Position numbers and translations under genes: made by a program. The notes beneath the pieces were generated by a model, which saw nothing but the letters and a program-made list of their open reading frames with translations, ran no database searches and was not told the DNA's origin. From positions 3,296,001 through 3,360,000 of the forward strand of contig CBDCJH010000002.1 in assembly GCA_965217775.1 (NCBI GenBank): DNA of 64,000 nucleotides, in the 5' to 3' direction. This document shows, in pieces, positions 1 to 9,873 of the stretch. Within the stretch, counting starts at the first letter, position 1; each line of letters begins with the position of its first letter. Source of the DNA: Acidobacteriota bacterium. GTDB lineage: Bacteria; Acidobacteriota; UBA6911; RPQK01; JAJDTT01.

Positions 1-1377
1 GATCGCGGCTACACCGAGGTCATGCGTCATGCTGCGGGAGGCATCGGCCAGACACCCGACTACTGGGACAACGCCTACTTCGATGGCAGCTACTTCCACA
101 ACTCCAGACCGGAACCGGTAGAGGGGTTCTGCACAGACGTCTGGTTCGAGTACGCCCGGCGATTTATCGCTGCTCAGAAAAAGGCGGGCAAGCCCTTCTT
201 TGCCTACATTTCGACCAATGCCCCCCACGGCCCCATGCACTCACCCGAATCCTTCAGTGCCCCCTATGGGCATCTGGACACGAAGCTGGCCAACTTCTTC
301 GGCATGATTGCCAACATCGACGACAACGTGGGGCGGCTCCGATCCTTTTTGGATCAGGAAGGGCTGGCGCGGAACACGATCTTCATCTTTACCACCGACA
401 ACGGCTCGTCGGCCGGAGACCTGGTGTTCAACGCAGGCATGCGGGGCAGGAAGGGGAGCGAATACGATGGGGGCCATCGGGTGCCGTTCTTCATCCACTG
501 GCCGGAAGGTGGCCTCATCGGCGGAAGGGACGTCGACCCCATCACAGCTCACGTCGACGTGCTGCCGACTCTGGCTGACCTATGTGGGATCCGGGCGCCG
601 AAGGGCGTGACGTTGGATGGGCGGAGCGTCCGTCCGCTGTTGTTCGATGAGGTGGCCCCGGAGCATGGCCGTTGGCCCGACCGGATCCTGGTCACGGACT
701 CGCAGCGGGTCAAGGATCCCATCAAGTGGCGCAAGAGTTCGGTCATGACGAGCCGTTGGCGGCTGGTGAATGGCGAAGAGCTCTATGACATCAAAGCCGA
801 CCCTGGCCAACAGCAGGACGTCGCGCCGTCGCATCCGCAGGTGGTGAAACGCCTGAGGGACTTCTACGATTCCTGGTGGGCCGAGTTGGAGCCCACCTTT
901 GACCAGGACGCCCGGATCTACCTGGGACATGAAGCGGACAATCCGACGACTCTGACCAGTCACGACTGGATCACCACGGGTTATCCCCCCTGGAACCAAT
1001 CCCAAATCCGCGATGCCCTGACCGGTGCCGGCCGCACCGGCCACTGGAACGTCCACGTGGCCCACGAGGGGGACTATGAGTTCCGCCTGCGCCGCTGGCC
1101 GGCAGAAGCGGACACGCCGATCACGGCCGGTCTCGACCCCGGCGCACCGGTCCCGGGTGAGCCGGCCTTCCGGACCACGCCCGGGAAGGCTCTGGCCATC
1201 GTGCAGGCCAAGTTGGAGATTGCTGGCCAGGAAGTGGAGAAATCCGTTGCCCCCGGTGCCAAGGAGGCCGTCTTCAACCTGAAACTGAGCCCCGGCCCCG
1301 CTACAGTGACGGCCCGCTTCATCACCGGGGACGGCCAAGCCTACGGGGCATACTACGTGTCGGTGAAGAGGCGGTGA
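1..1377 (+). CDS. Arylsulfatase (S1 family), 5' end outside window
   Basis: Frame open from base 1; sulfatase motifs [53 protein letters not shown]; C-terminal beta extension. Confidence 0.9.
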   Translation, partial: DRGYTEVMRHAAGGIGQTPDYWDNAYFDGSYFHNSRPEPVEGFCTDVWFEYARRFIAAQKKAGKPFFAYISTNAPHGPMHSPESFSAPYGHLDTKLANFFGMIANIDDNVGRLRSFLDQEGLARNTIFIFTTDNGSSAGDLVFNAGMRGRKGSEYDGGHRVPFFIHWPEGGLIGGRDVDPITAHVDVLPTLADLCGIRAPKGVTLDGRSVRPLLFDEVAPEHGRWPDRILVTDSQRVKDPIKWRKSSVMTSRWRLVNGEELYDIKADPGQQQDVAPSHPQVVKRLRDFYDSWWAELEPTFDQDARIYLGHEADNPTTLTSHDWITTGYPPWNQSQIRDALTGAGRTGHWNVHVAHEGDYEFRLRRWPAEADTPITAGLDPGAPVPGEPAFRTTPGKALAIVQAKLEIAGQEVEKSVAPGAKEAVFNLKLSPGPATVTARFITGDGQAYGAYYVSVKRR

Positions 1378-1384
1378 AGCCGGT

Positions 1385-1420
1385 CCGGTCAAATGCCAAG
1401 ACGGCGTTGGCCGCGGGCTG
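1385..1420 (+). mobile_element. Right-end remnant of MITE-A
   Basis: cggtcaaatgcc...ttggccgcgggctg followed by tcat matches the right end of the copy at 30167-30325. Confidence 0.65.
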
Positions 1421-1471
1421 TCATCCGGCTTTCCCGATGAATTGGACCGGGCGGGAGACTCTCAGTCGAGA

Positions 1472-2556
1472 TCACAACGTCCAACCGGGACGGAATTCCC
1501 GCCTCAGCAGCGCAGTGGCCTCGGGAGAGTTGGTGACCCGCAGGTTATCGGCGTCCCAGTCGAGCTTGGCTCCGGAGCGGTGGGCAACGGCACCCAGGTT
1601 GACCGCCTCCGAGAGGGGGCCGGAATAGCCGAAGTGGCTGCTCGTTGGGCTCCCCGTCTTGCAGGCGGCGATCCACTCGGCGCGATGGCCCACCTCAGCC
1701 GTTCGCCGCCATTCCTCGTGATGTTTGTAGGCGGCCATCCACTCGGCACGACGGCCGATTTCCGCACCGATGGACGGGGGGATGCTCGGCTTGGGCGGCT
1801 TGAAGTTGGCGAACTTTTCCGCAGGCCAGAGCATCCGCTGCGGGTAATTCACCAGCAGCATTCCCTCGGTGCCCACAAAGACCCCCCAGGCCCAGTCTGG
1901 GAAGTCATTTTCGGCAACGACCGGTGGCGGTTGACCGCCTCGCGTCCAGGTCAGGGTGACCGGCGGCATCTGTCCGCGGGCCGGAAACCGGTAGCGGACA
2001 TGGATCCGCTCGGGAGCCATCTCGGGATGCGGCGGCGGTCCCTCGGCCTCCACTGAGATCGGATAGCGGAGATTCAGAGCCCAGAAGGCCAGGTTGAAGT
2101 AGTGGGTGGCGGTGTTGCCGAGACCACCGATGCCGAAATCCCACCAGCTCTGCCAGTTGCCGCCGCAGCCGCGGGAATAGGTGGGATGATAGGGGCGGTA
2201 AGGCGCCGTCCCCAGGAAGAGATCCCAGTGAAGCCCTTTGGGGACGGGTGGTGTCTCCGTCGGGCGGTTCCTCGGGCTGCGTCCCCCGCGGACCCAGATA
2301 TGGCATTCCTCCACCGCGCCGATGGCTCCGCCGCGGACCAGTTCGACGATGCGGCGGAAGTTGTCCGAGGCGTGGATCTGGGATCCCAACTGCGTCGCTA
2401 CCTTCTTCTCAGCGGCGACCTTGGCCAGCATGCGAGCTTCGAAGACCGAGATGGCTCCCGGCTTTTCGCAGTAGACGTGCTTTCCGCGCTGCATCGCCGC
2501 AAGACTGGCCGGAGCGTGGGTGTGATCGGGAGTGGTCACTACCACCGCGTCGATCT
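1472..2556 (-). pseudogene. Gfo/Idh/MocA oxidoreductase, 5'-truncated
   Basis: Begins at IDAVVVTTPDHTH, HVYCEKP; the intact paralogue at 30377-31852 has about 130 more N-terminal residues (Tat signal and GxGxxG) that are missing here. Confidence 0.85.
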
Positions 2557-3195
2557 CAGGAGAAGGGGACCGCGACATTCTACGATTTCCGGGAAGACGA
2601 GCATCAGATGGGGCTCCTGTTCCAAGCGTTCGTCAAGACCTTCTACGCCCGGGAAACGGGCTACAAGGTCAGCGCACCGAAGATCGACTGGTTCGGGGCA
2701 GAGAATAGCGAGGCGGATCTCCGTCACCTGCCAGGCATGCAGACGGACATCGCATTACGGTCGTGCGAACGCACAATCATCCTCGGCACCAAGTTCTACA
2801 AGAACCCTCTGAACACGCGTTTCGGTGGACAGCGCGTGCACTCGGGCAATCTCTATCAGATCTTCGCCTACGTGATGAATTGGGCGGCGGAAGCGAGTGC
2901 AGGAGATCCCCAGCCAGAGGGATGGCTGCTTTACGCGGCGGTCGACCGTAGATTCGACTATCGGTTCGAGTTGATGGGGCGGTCGATTCGGGTGTGCTCA
3001 ATCGACCTCGCGCAGGATTGGAGGGCGATCGAAAGTGACCTGAAGGAGTTGTTGGTCTTCCGGACCCACCCTGCGCCGGGGCAGATGGTAGGCCGCGTGT
3101 CCGACCCCCCGGCGCTTGCACGACGTTCATCCCGATGGTGCACGATTCATTCAAGTGACACCAGCACCACACCGCTTCCGACTTCCGGCAGTTGA
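2557..3195 (+). pseudogene. mcrC: McrC-type PD-(D/E)xK nuclease subunit, C-terminal fragment
   Basis: MGLLFQAFV, LPGMQTDI, IILGTKFY, HSGNLYQIFAY, GWLLYA, IDLAQDW resemble the McrC C-terminal half; no start codon and no mcrB. Confidence 0.75.
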
Positions 3196-3267
3196 TCTCA
3201 CCAGTTCCGCTGTTGACGGACAAATTCCCGACAGCGCACACTTGACCAAAGTTCACCAACTAGGAGG

Positions 3268-3519
3268 TTGGACATGGTGGTAGCGGTCTATAACCTTTAC
3301 GAAGCCGAATCGTCTCTCTCCCGTCTCGTCGATCGGGCGGCTCGAGGAGAGGTGATTATCATTGCCAAGGCCGGGAAACCCCTGGCGCGGCTGGCTCCCC
3401 TCCGGCAAAGGGTGCTCAAGCGAAAGCCTGGGGGATGGGAAGGCCGGGTTTACATCGCGGATGACTTTGACGAGCCTCTGCCGCCGGAGACCCTCTCGAA
3501 CTTCAAAGGACGGGGTTGA
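3268..3519 (+). CDS. Phd/YefM-family antitoxin
   Basis: NLYEAESSLSRLVDRAARGEVIIIAKAGKPLARL...RKPGGWEGRVYIADDFDEPLP; AGGAGG RBS at about 3262. Confidence 0.9.
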   Translation: MDMVVAVYNLYEAESSLSRLVDRAARGEVIIIAKAGKPLARLAPLRQRVLKRKPGGWEGRVYIADDFDEPLPPETLSNFKGRG

Positions 3520-3521
3520 CC

Positions 3522-3700
3522 ATGCTGTTTCCGGATACCCATGTCTTCCTGTGGTGGCGAAGTGAGCCCTCGAAGATATCCCCAGAGTTGACTAAGGCCG
3601 TCGCGACTACGCAGATCGACTTTGCCAGCGCAGCCTCGGCCTGGAACGGCTGAATCGGAGCAGCCCCATTTGGGGACATTCCGACAGGTTGATCCCAACC
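3522..3700 (+). pseudogene. vapC: PIN-domain VapC toxin, degraded
   Basis: ATG 3522 gives MLFPDTHVFLWW...ASAASAW, then TGA at 3651-3653; a frameshifted F-DRLI remnant lies near 3680; directly follows the antitoxin. Confidence 0.75.
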
Positions 3701-3781
3701 ACCTCACGATAGATCCGGATCGCCACCACCGCCCCGGACACGAAGCCGTCAATCCTACTTCGGGAGCCTATCTCGGTTGGA

Positions 3782-6058
3782 CTACTGGGCAGCGCCGCCT
3801 GCACTTCCTGAAAGAGCGGCCGGGCCCCGGCCGGATCGACCCAGCCTGAAAGATTGACGGTTCAGCCGAACGTACTCTTCCTGGTCTTCCCTGACGTGGA
3901 TGAACTGATCCCCGGGAACGTTGTGAAAATGCTGGGTTCGCCCACTGGGCCAGTCGATTTGCATCCTCTCGACCCCTTTAGCCCGTCCCAACCCGATGTG
4001 CTGGCGCAGGGGATTGGCGCCGAAGCTTCCTCCGCTGTTCACCCAACGGTAACGGGTCCGCCTCTCCATGCCTTCTCGAAGCTCGAGCCGGAGACGGGCT
4101 CCCACCGCCGAGCGGTTAGATTCGACCCCCTCAAGCTGGATGCTGATCCAGTGATTCCCGAAACCGGGGTTCTCAAACAGCGCGTTGTGGAAGCGGTCCC
4201 CGGCGAGGAAGCCTCCCATCTGCTGGAAGATGTCCTGGTCTCCGTCGTTGTCCAGGTCTGCGAATGCGATCGCGTGTCCCTTCTGCAGGTGTCCGAATCC
4301 TCCCGCGTAGGTCACGTTTTCGAAGCGGTTCCCGCCGCGATTCCAGTACATGACGTTGGGCATGAGGCCTTCCAGGCCCGGATAACCGGTGCCGAGGTAG
4401 AAATCCAAATAGCCGTCGTTGTCCAGATCCCCAAAGTTGGCTCCCATGGGAAGGTTCACCCGTTTCAGTCCCATGGGGCCGGCCACGTCCACGAACCCTC
4501 CACTGCCATCCCCACGGTAGAGAGACGGAAGGTCGGCAGGCTGGGGCAACCCCAGGTGGCTGGCAGCAACGTACCAGACATCGGGAGGGCCGGAGCCGAG
4601 GGGCATCTGGTAGCTCTGGACCATGAGATCCAAATTCCCGTCATTGTCAATATCCCAGAACCAAGTCGGAAAGCTGCTCTTCGGCCCCTGCACTCCCGAT
4701 TGCACCGCAACATCGGTGAAGGTCCCGTCCTGATTGTTGCGGTAGAGCCGGTTCGGTCCCTGGAAGTTGGAAACGTACAGATCCGGAAAACGGTCGCCAT
4801 TGTAGTCTCCCCAGACCACCCCTTTGGACCAGAGGAGATTCTCGACTCCCGCCTCTTGGGCCAAGTCGATGAAGGTGCCGTTACCCTGATTGCGAAAGAG
4901 CTGCGAAGGACAGCGTTGACTCGCGGAGCTTTCGTTTCCGACGTAGAGATCCAGATCGCCGTCGTTGTCGTAGTCGGCCCAAGAGGCGGTCTGAGTCGGG
5001 TAGTGCACTTGGCCCAGTCCCGATTCGAACGTCACATCGGTGAACGTCATGTCGCCGTTGTTGCGCAGGAGAGAGTTGGGCTGGCGGCCGTACACGTCGA
5101 GCCAGGCTCCTCTGAGAACCAGTACATCCACGTCTCCGTCATTGTCGTAGTCGGCCTGAACCAGGTTGAGACCGCCATACAGGCCTTGAAGACCGGCCTC
5201 CTCCGTCAGCTCAGTGAAGGTGCCGTCACCGTTGTTTCTAAAAAGATGGAGGCTGCCCCGAACCTCGTAGGAAGAGGTCAGGATGTCCAGGAAACCATCG
5301 CCGTCGAAATCATCCACGACGGCGCCGCCGGCCAGATCGAACGAGTCCAGGTTCAGCCGGGGAGCCACATTCCGGAAGCGCGGAAAGGGCACCCTGGAGC
5401 TGAACACTTCCGGTGGTAGCAGCAGCTCTTCGGCGACCTCATGGGGATATTCTCCCAAGGTCATATAGGCGATGTTCAGGAGCCACTTGGAGGCGAGGTG
5501 AATCGGAGACGCGGCGTGGGTTCCTCGAACGATGCTTGCGAAGTAGCGGATGGCCTGGCGCGATCCTTCCTGGTGCCGGTGCAAGGCGTGTCTGGTGAAG
5601 GGCAGGATGCAGGCATCTCCGGTGTGCCGAGCGATGCAGTTCTGATTCTCACCCCGGCGGAGATGAGACACGCCCAGATCGAAGGCGATCGTGGCCAGAT
5701 AGGTGAGCCGGAGTGTCTGCGGAAGTTCGCGAGCCAGCTGGTAAGCCTGGGAGAAGAGCTTGATGGCCCGATCCGTGTTTCCCAGCAGCAACTCATCCTG
5801 GGCCAGAGCGACCCTGGAGAGGATGCGCTGTTCAGCCGTTGGGCCGGGGGCTTCCGACTCGACTCTGCGCCGGGCGCCTTCGAGATCCTGGACCCAGGGG
5901 TAGCCGGGCGGAGTCCTCTCCGCCACCCGGCGCAAGAGGTCCACCAGCCGCGAGTGGCCCGATTCTCCTTCAGTGCTTCGAAGGGAAAGGCTTCCCTGAG
6001 CCAGCGTCAACAGCATGGCAATGGGGATCAGTACCAACAGTGGCTGTCCGTCTCTCAT
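3782..6058 (-). CDS. CRTAC1-family protein (FG-GAP repeats, C-terminal ASPIC/UnbV domain)
   Basis: Repeated DYDNDGDxD motifs; C-terminal NRSAVGAR...GGSFG...HIGLG...IDWPSG; N-terminal signal. Confidence 0.9.
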   Translation of the reverse strand: MRDGQPLLVLIPIAMLLTLAQGSLSLRSTEGESGHSRLVDLLRRVAERTPPGYPWVQDLEGARRRVESEAPGPTAEQRILSRVALAQDELLLGNTDRAIKLFSQAYQLARELPQTLRLTYLATIAFDLGVSHLRRGENQNCIARHTGDACILPFTRHALHRHQEGSRQAIRYFASIVRGTHAASPIHLASKWLLNIAYMTLGEYPHEVAEELLLPPEVFSSRVPFPRFRNVAPRLNLDSFDLAGGAVVDDFDGDGFLDILTSSYEVRGSLHLFRNNGDGTFTELTEEAGLQGLYGGLNLVQADYDNDGDVDVLVLRGAWLDVYGRQPNSLLRNNGDMTFTDVTFESGLGQVHYPTQTASWADYDNDGDLDLYVGNESSASQRCPSQLFRNQGNGTFIDLAQEAGVENLLWSKGVVWGDYNGDRFPDLYVSNFQGPNRLYRNNQDGTFTDVAVQSGVQGPKSSFPTWFWDIDNDGNLDLMVQSYQMPLGSGPPDVWYVAASHLGLPQPADLPSLYRGDGSGGFVDVAGPMGLKRVNLPMGANFGDLDNDGYLDFYLGTGYPGLEGLMPNVMYWNRGGNRFENVTYAGGFGHLQKGHAIAFADLDNDGDQDIFQQMGGFLAGDRFHNALFENPGFGNHWISIQLEGVESNRSAVGARLRLELREGMERRTRYRWVNSGGSFGANPLRQHIGLGRAKGVERMQIDWPSGRTQHFHNVPGDQFIHVREDQEEYVRLNRQSFRLGRSGRGPAALSGSAGGAAQ

Positions 6059-6104
6059 GCGCTGGCTGTCAGAGGGTCGTCCCGGCCCCTACGGAGGGGA
6101 CCGG

Positions 6105-7142
6105 CTATGAGGAAACCAGCTCGGCCACGCCGATTCCGGAGTAGTGGTTCCCATCGTAGAACATATAGGTCCGATCCTGATGGTGCAGTACGAAGGGATA
6201 GCACGTCATCTGGCTGTCCCAGCCTGCCGCGCTTACGTCCAGGACCGGCTCGGGAGTCCATTTCCAGCGGATGCCGTCGGCGCTTTCAGCATAGTGGATT
6301 CGATAGACCTCGACATCGTCCCGGGCGACGCTCAACCACATCCGGTAGCCGTCTTTCACTTCCTCTACGTAGGGCTTCGAGCAGGTGGAGAAGGCGGATC
6401 CGATCTTCACCGGGATGCTGATCAAGGAACCGGCTGGGTGAGGACGAAAGGTATGTCCTCCGTCGGTCGACGTGGCCAATCCCAGCGACATCTGACTTTC
6501 CCCCTGGGGCCATCGGCTGCCCGCCGTGTACCACATCCAGTACTCGTGCCCTCGCTCCAACACAGCGCAGGAGCCTGAACCGTGCTCATCGTAGGAATAG
6601 GGCCTACCCAGGGGGATCAACGGCTTTCCCGTCCGCTTCCAGGTGAGACCACCGTCGTCGCTCTCCGCCAGCGAGGTGTACCAGACCTTCTGCCGCCGGG
6701 CCGCGTCGGCATAGGCCCCACCCCAGGTCGCATAGTACATGTGCCAGTGCCGTTCGGTGACCGGAACCACCCAGGGATAGCTGACCCAGTGGGAATCGAT
6801 GGATCCCGGCTCCCCCAATTCCATGACGGGGCGATCCAAGGTCTTCCTCCAGGTCAGGGGATCGGAGACATCCGCCTCGGCAAAGCCGATCCGGCGCAGA
6901 GACGGGTATTCGATGCTCATGTAGTACATCCGCAGTTTGTCTCCCGCCCGCACGATGTTGGGAGCCGAGGGATAACGATCCCAGGCCTTCCCTTCGATGC
7001 GGGGAAAGATGACCTTCAACTTCCTCCACTGTTGCGAAAACTGGCTAGACCGGGATCTCCTTCCCATGATTGGCGTCGGACTGGCAGCTGCACCCAGGGC
7101 AGCCACACCGCCCAGTCTATTGAAGAAACGACGGCGATTCAT
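6105..7142 (-). CDS. Tat-exported five-bladed beta-propeller, glycosidase-like (GH32/43/130-like fold)
   Basis: MNRRRFF twin-arginine leader; blade repeats WHMYYA, AESDDGG, YWMWY, AESADGIRW, YMFYDGN. Confidence 0.7.
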   Translation of the reverse strand: MNRRRFFNRLGGVAALGAAASPTPIMGRRSRSSQFSQQWRKLKVIFPRIEGKAWDRYPSAPNIVRAGDKLRMYYMSIEYPSLRRIGFAEADVSDPLTWRKTLDRPVMELGEPGSIDSHWVSYPWVVPVTERHWHMYYATWGGAYADAARRQKVWYTSLAESDDGGLTWKRTGKPLIPLGRPYSYDEHGSGSCAVLERGHEYWMWYTAGSRWPQGESQMSLGLATSTDGGHTFRPHPAGSLISIPVKIGSAFSTCSKPYVEEVKDGYRMWLSVARDDVEVYRIHYAESADGIRWKWTPEPVLDVSAAGWDSQMTCYPFVLHHQDRTYMFYDGNHYSGIGVAELVSS

Positions 7143-7230
7143 AAGCGGTCCCTCCCCTCTGCAAGGCTCTTCCAAATGTAAAACAGCACCGTTGCGGCCA
7201 TCCGGACTAAAGCTGCCGGCGTTCGTCCTC

Positions 7231-8739
7231 CTATTGGAATCCGAAGGCAAAGAGATCGGCGTCCTTCACCACGAATCTGAGCCGGATCGGCCTTCCTGCC
7301 AAGCTTCCAACCTCCGTCTGTCCCCAGGAGACGATCCGCTCCAGGGAGTCACCGAAGATTTCCGGGCAATCCGCCAGCGCGAACCCGGGGATCGGCTCTG
7401 CCCCCTCATCCTGGATCTCGACGCGGATGCTCCCCGCAGCCGAGGTTGCGAAGTTCATCCTCAGACGGTTTCCGTCGAACGTGAACGGCCGAGTCACGAA
7501 TTCACCCCCCGAGAGGGGGGCATGGATGGAGACGAATCCGTCGATTCGGAGCGTGGCCCGACGCATACGGACACTCTTGCCGGTCCAGTAGTCCTCCAAG
7601 ATGTAGAACGAGAGTTCCTGAGGAGTTCCCGCCACTGCAGAGTCGGTCGCAACGATGCCCCACCCCTGGGTGGAATCGGCATAGGCCCAGCGGCTGAAAT
7701 CCTCCCGCTGCGGACCCGGCCGGACGAAGGCTTCCCCCCAGACCTTGAACCGTCGAGCGTCGCGGCTGGTCATGAAGCCGGTGTCCGTCTGTGCCTTCCC
7801 GTACCGGTCCCTCACCTGGGACAGACGTTGGTTCAGCGCAGTCATGCTTTCGCCGCGCTCGATGTAGCGCATGGGAAAGCCCAGGAGGATGTGGGGTGCA
7901 CGGTAATAGGGAAGGATCTGATTCGTGTACAGCTCAGTGTAGCGCTCGGGGTCGTATTCAAGAAAGGGAAACTCCTGCCAGTGGACGAAATCCGTCGAGG
8001 TCGCAGTCAGGATGTCGCGGCCCTGGGGGTAGTTCTGGAAATCACGGTAGTAGGCCCGGTATTCGGATCTTTTCGGATCCCAGAAGGCCAGGTTCTGGGA
8101 GTCGAAATAGCCCTTCCTGATGATGGGCTGCTCCTGTAACAATTTCCAATGGATGCCGTCGGAGGAAACGAAGGCAAAGAGCCCGCCCTCACGCCTAATG
8201 CCCCCTACGGCCTTGTAGCGCTCCGTCTCAGGGCACTGTGGATTGGCGTCCTTGAAGGGTGTGAAGTTGTGGGAGCCGACACCGTCCCAGACGATGTTGT
8301 TCCGTTTGGAGCCTTTGAAAGCCACCAAGTCCAGTTGGGGCTTCCTCCACTCGATCCCATCCCGGCTCTCCGCGTAACAGACCACCATCCTGTGGGGCTG
8401 CTCCAGCTTGTCCCCGACGATGTCGAACTGCCAGCCGCGATAGTACATGCGATAGAGTTCCCCATCCTGGAACACGGTGAAGACGCCGCAGGCGCTCCCC
8501 TCCCAGGGAGCGTCCAAGACGAGTACCACTTCCCTTTCCACAGGACGGTGCAGGAGCCGCTGCATCCCGGTGTCCAACTTCGGAACCAGATAGTCGTCGA
8601 CCATCAACTCCCAGCGGGAGCCGATGTGTACGGCCTCTGCATGCAGGGGAGCGAAACCGAGTCCCACTACGGCGCCGAGGGATGCCAGGAGCCGAACCAC
8701 TCCTGCAATCGACGTTGGCCTCGGGCGATGGTTGCTCAT
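7231..8739 (-). CDS. Secreted beta-propeller glycosidase-like protein (family P)
   Basis: Signal peptide; IGSRWELMVDDYL, YRMYY, YAESRDGIEW, FDSQN, YYRAPH, LRIDGFVS, RLRFVVKDADLFAF. Confidence 0.7.
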   Translation of the reverse strand: MSNHRPRPTSIAGVVRLLASLGAVVGLGFAPLHAEAVHIGSRWELMVDDYLVPKLDTGMQRLLHRPVEREVVLVLDAPWEGSACGVFTVFQDGELYRMYYRGWQFDIVGDKLEQPHRMVVCYAESRDGIEWRKPQLDLVAFKGSKRNNIVWDGVGSHNFTPFKDANPQCPETERYKAVGGIRREGGLFAFVSSDGIHWKLLQEQPIIRKGYFDSQNLAFWDPKRSEYRAYYRDFQNYPQGRDILTATSTDFVHWQEFPFLEYDPERYTELYTNQILPYYRAPHILLGFPMRYIERGESMTALNQRLSQVRDRYGKAQTDTGFMTSRDARRFKVWGEAFVRPGPQREDFSRWAYADSTQGWGIVATDSAVAGTPQELSFYILEDYWTGKSVRMRRATLRIDGFVSIHAPLSGGEFVTRPFTFDGNRLRMNFATSAAGSIRVEIQDEGAEPIPGFALADCPEIFGDSLERIVSWGQTEVGSLAGRPIRLRFVVKDADLFAFGFQ

Positions 8740-9863
8740 TCCGTCTCCTCTCTGTCGGCCTTGACCAGGGTCAGGAATGCCGCGACTTGGAGGGCCGCGA
8801 AGCGATTTCCGGCAAGGTTCCAGTGCGGGTCGTACCGATGATAAAGGATTGAGGTCCGCCCTTCTTCTCGGGAGCGGGCGGTCAGGTCGAGACAGCCGAT
8901 TCCCTCGGACCGGGCTTGTTCCGCCAGCATCCGGTAGCCTTCCTCCTCGTTCCTCAGATAACCGGCGGACTCCGGAAAAAGTCTCTCGTATTCCGCCTTG
9001 TAGGTGGACTCCTTGGTGGGAAAGAGGAAAAGGCCCAATCGAACTCCGCTTTCCCTACAGATCTCGATGATCCGCCTCAGGCTTTCCCTGACCTGGGCTT
9101 GGGCCTGCGAATTGGAAAGGTAGTCACGGGACGCGCCCCGGTAGCGGTAGAGGGTCAGGCCGTTGGCGGCCCGCGCCTGGTCGGCGCGGAGGCGAAGGTT
9201 GTACTGATCCGACAGTGTCTCCATTCCGAACAGGTCCGCCAACCGGCGGAAGCCCCAATAGGTCAGTGTCTGCCTATAGGCGGGGTAGCTGGAGTACCGG
9301 TTCCATCCTGCCGCTTCGAAATAGCGGGCTCCGGTTCCGGGCTGGCCGGGCACCAGAGGCGAGCGGATGCGCAGATCGTTGGGGAAGACGCCCAGGGCGC
9401 AGACCCGTGGCCGGTACCGCGCCACGAACTCCTGGAATAGAACCTGATAGCGCTGGAAATCGTAGCTCCCCACACCCAGATTGATCACCGGCTCGCCCAA
9501 CTCGGATTCCAGAACTCCCACCAGACTCTCCTCCCTGGAGACCCAGGCTCCCCAGACGAAGGAATCCCCCACGAAGAAGACCCGGGAGGTCTCGTAGCTG
9601 CGGCTTCGGTTTCGGAAGCCGATCTCGTCCGTCGAGTAGCTGGCGGATACCCCCTCTCGAGGCCAGTCGAGGACGAAGTCCCGGAGGTTGGGCCGCGGCC
9701 GGTAGAAGAGAAGATCGTCGGGTCGATAGAATCGATGGAACAGCCGGTGGCCTGCTTGCCACTCCCCGGGCACGAGGATTCCCGACCAGCAGAGGCTGGC
9801 CTCAACCAGTCCAAACAAAGCCAGAACCGCGGCTGCGCTGGTTCTCCGCAGGCTGCGTCTCAC
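8736..9863 (-). CDS. SGNH/GDSL hydrolase-like protein (AlgX/AlgJ-like)
   Basis: GDSFVWG, INLGVGSY, PND, DPHWN blocks; N-terminal hydrophobic segment; GTG start is uncertain. Confidence 0.75.
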   Translation of the reverse strand: MRRSLRRTSAAAVLALFGLVEASLCWSGILVPGEWQAGHRLFHRFYRPDDLLFYRPRPNLRDFVLDWPREGVSASYSTDEIGFRNRSRSYETSRVFFVGDSFVWGAWVSREESLVGVLESELGEPVINLGVGSYDFQRYQVLFQEFVARYRPRVCALGVFPNDLRIRSPLVPGQPGTGARYFEAAGWNRYSSYPAYRQTLTYWGFRRLADLFGMETLSDQYNLRLRADQARAANGLTLYRYRGASRDYLSNSQAQAQVRESLRRIIEICRESGVRLGLFLFPTKESTYKAEYERLFPESAGYLRNEEEGYRMLAEQARSEGIGCLDLTARSREEGRTSILYHRYDPHWNLAGNRFAALQVAAFLTLVKADREETE

Positions 9864-9873
9864 GGCCAACCCT

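Noticed and set aside
2248-2556. N-terminal part of ORF 2248-3195
   Set aside because: It is antisense read-through of the oxidoreductase pseudogene; only the part after about 2557 is McrC-like
3854-5419. Long antisense ORFs (also 36843-38699, 47527-49089, 52016-53608, 58813-60678 and others)
   Set aside because: They shadow well-supported genes on the opposite strand, have no motifs, and are expected in high-GC DNA
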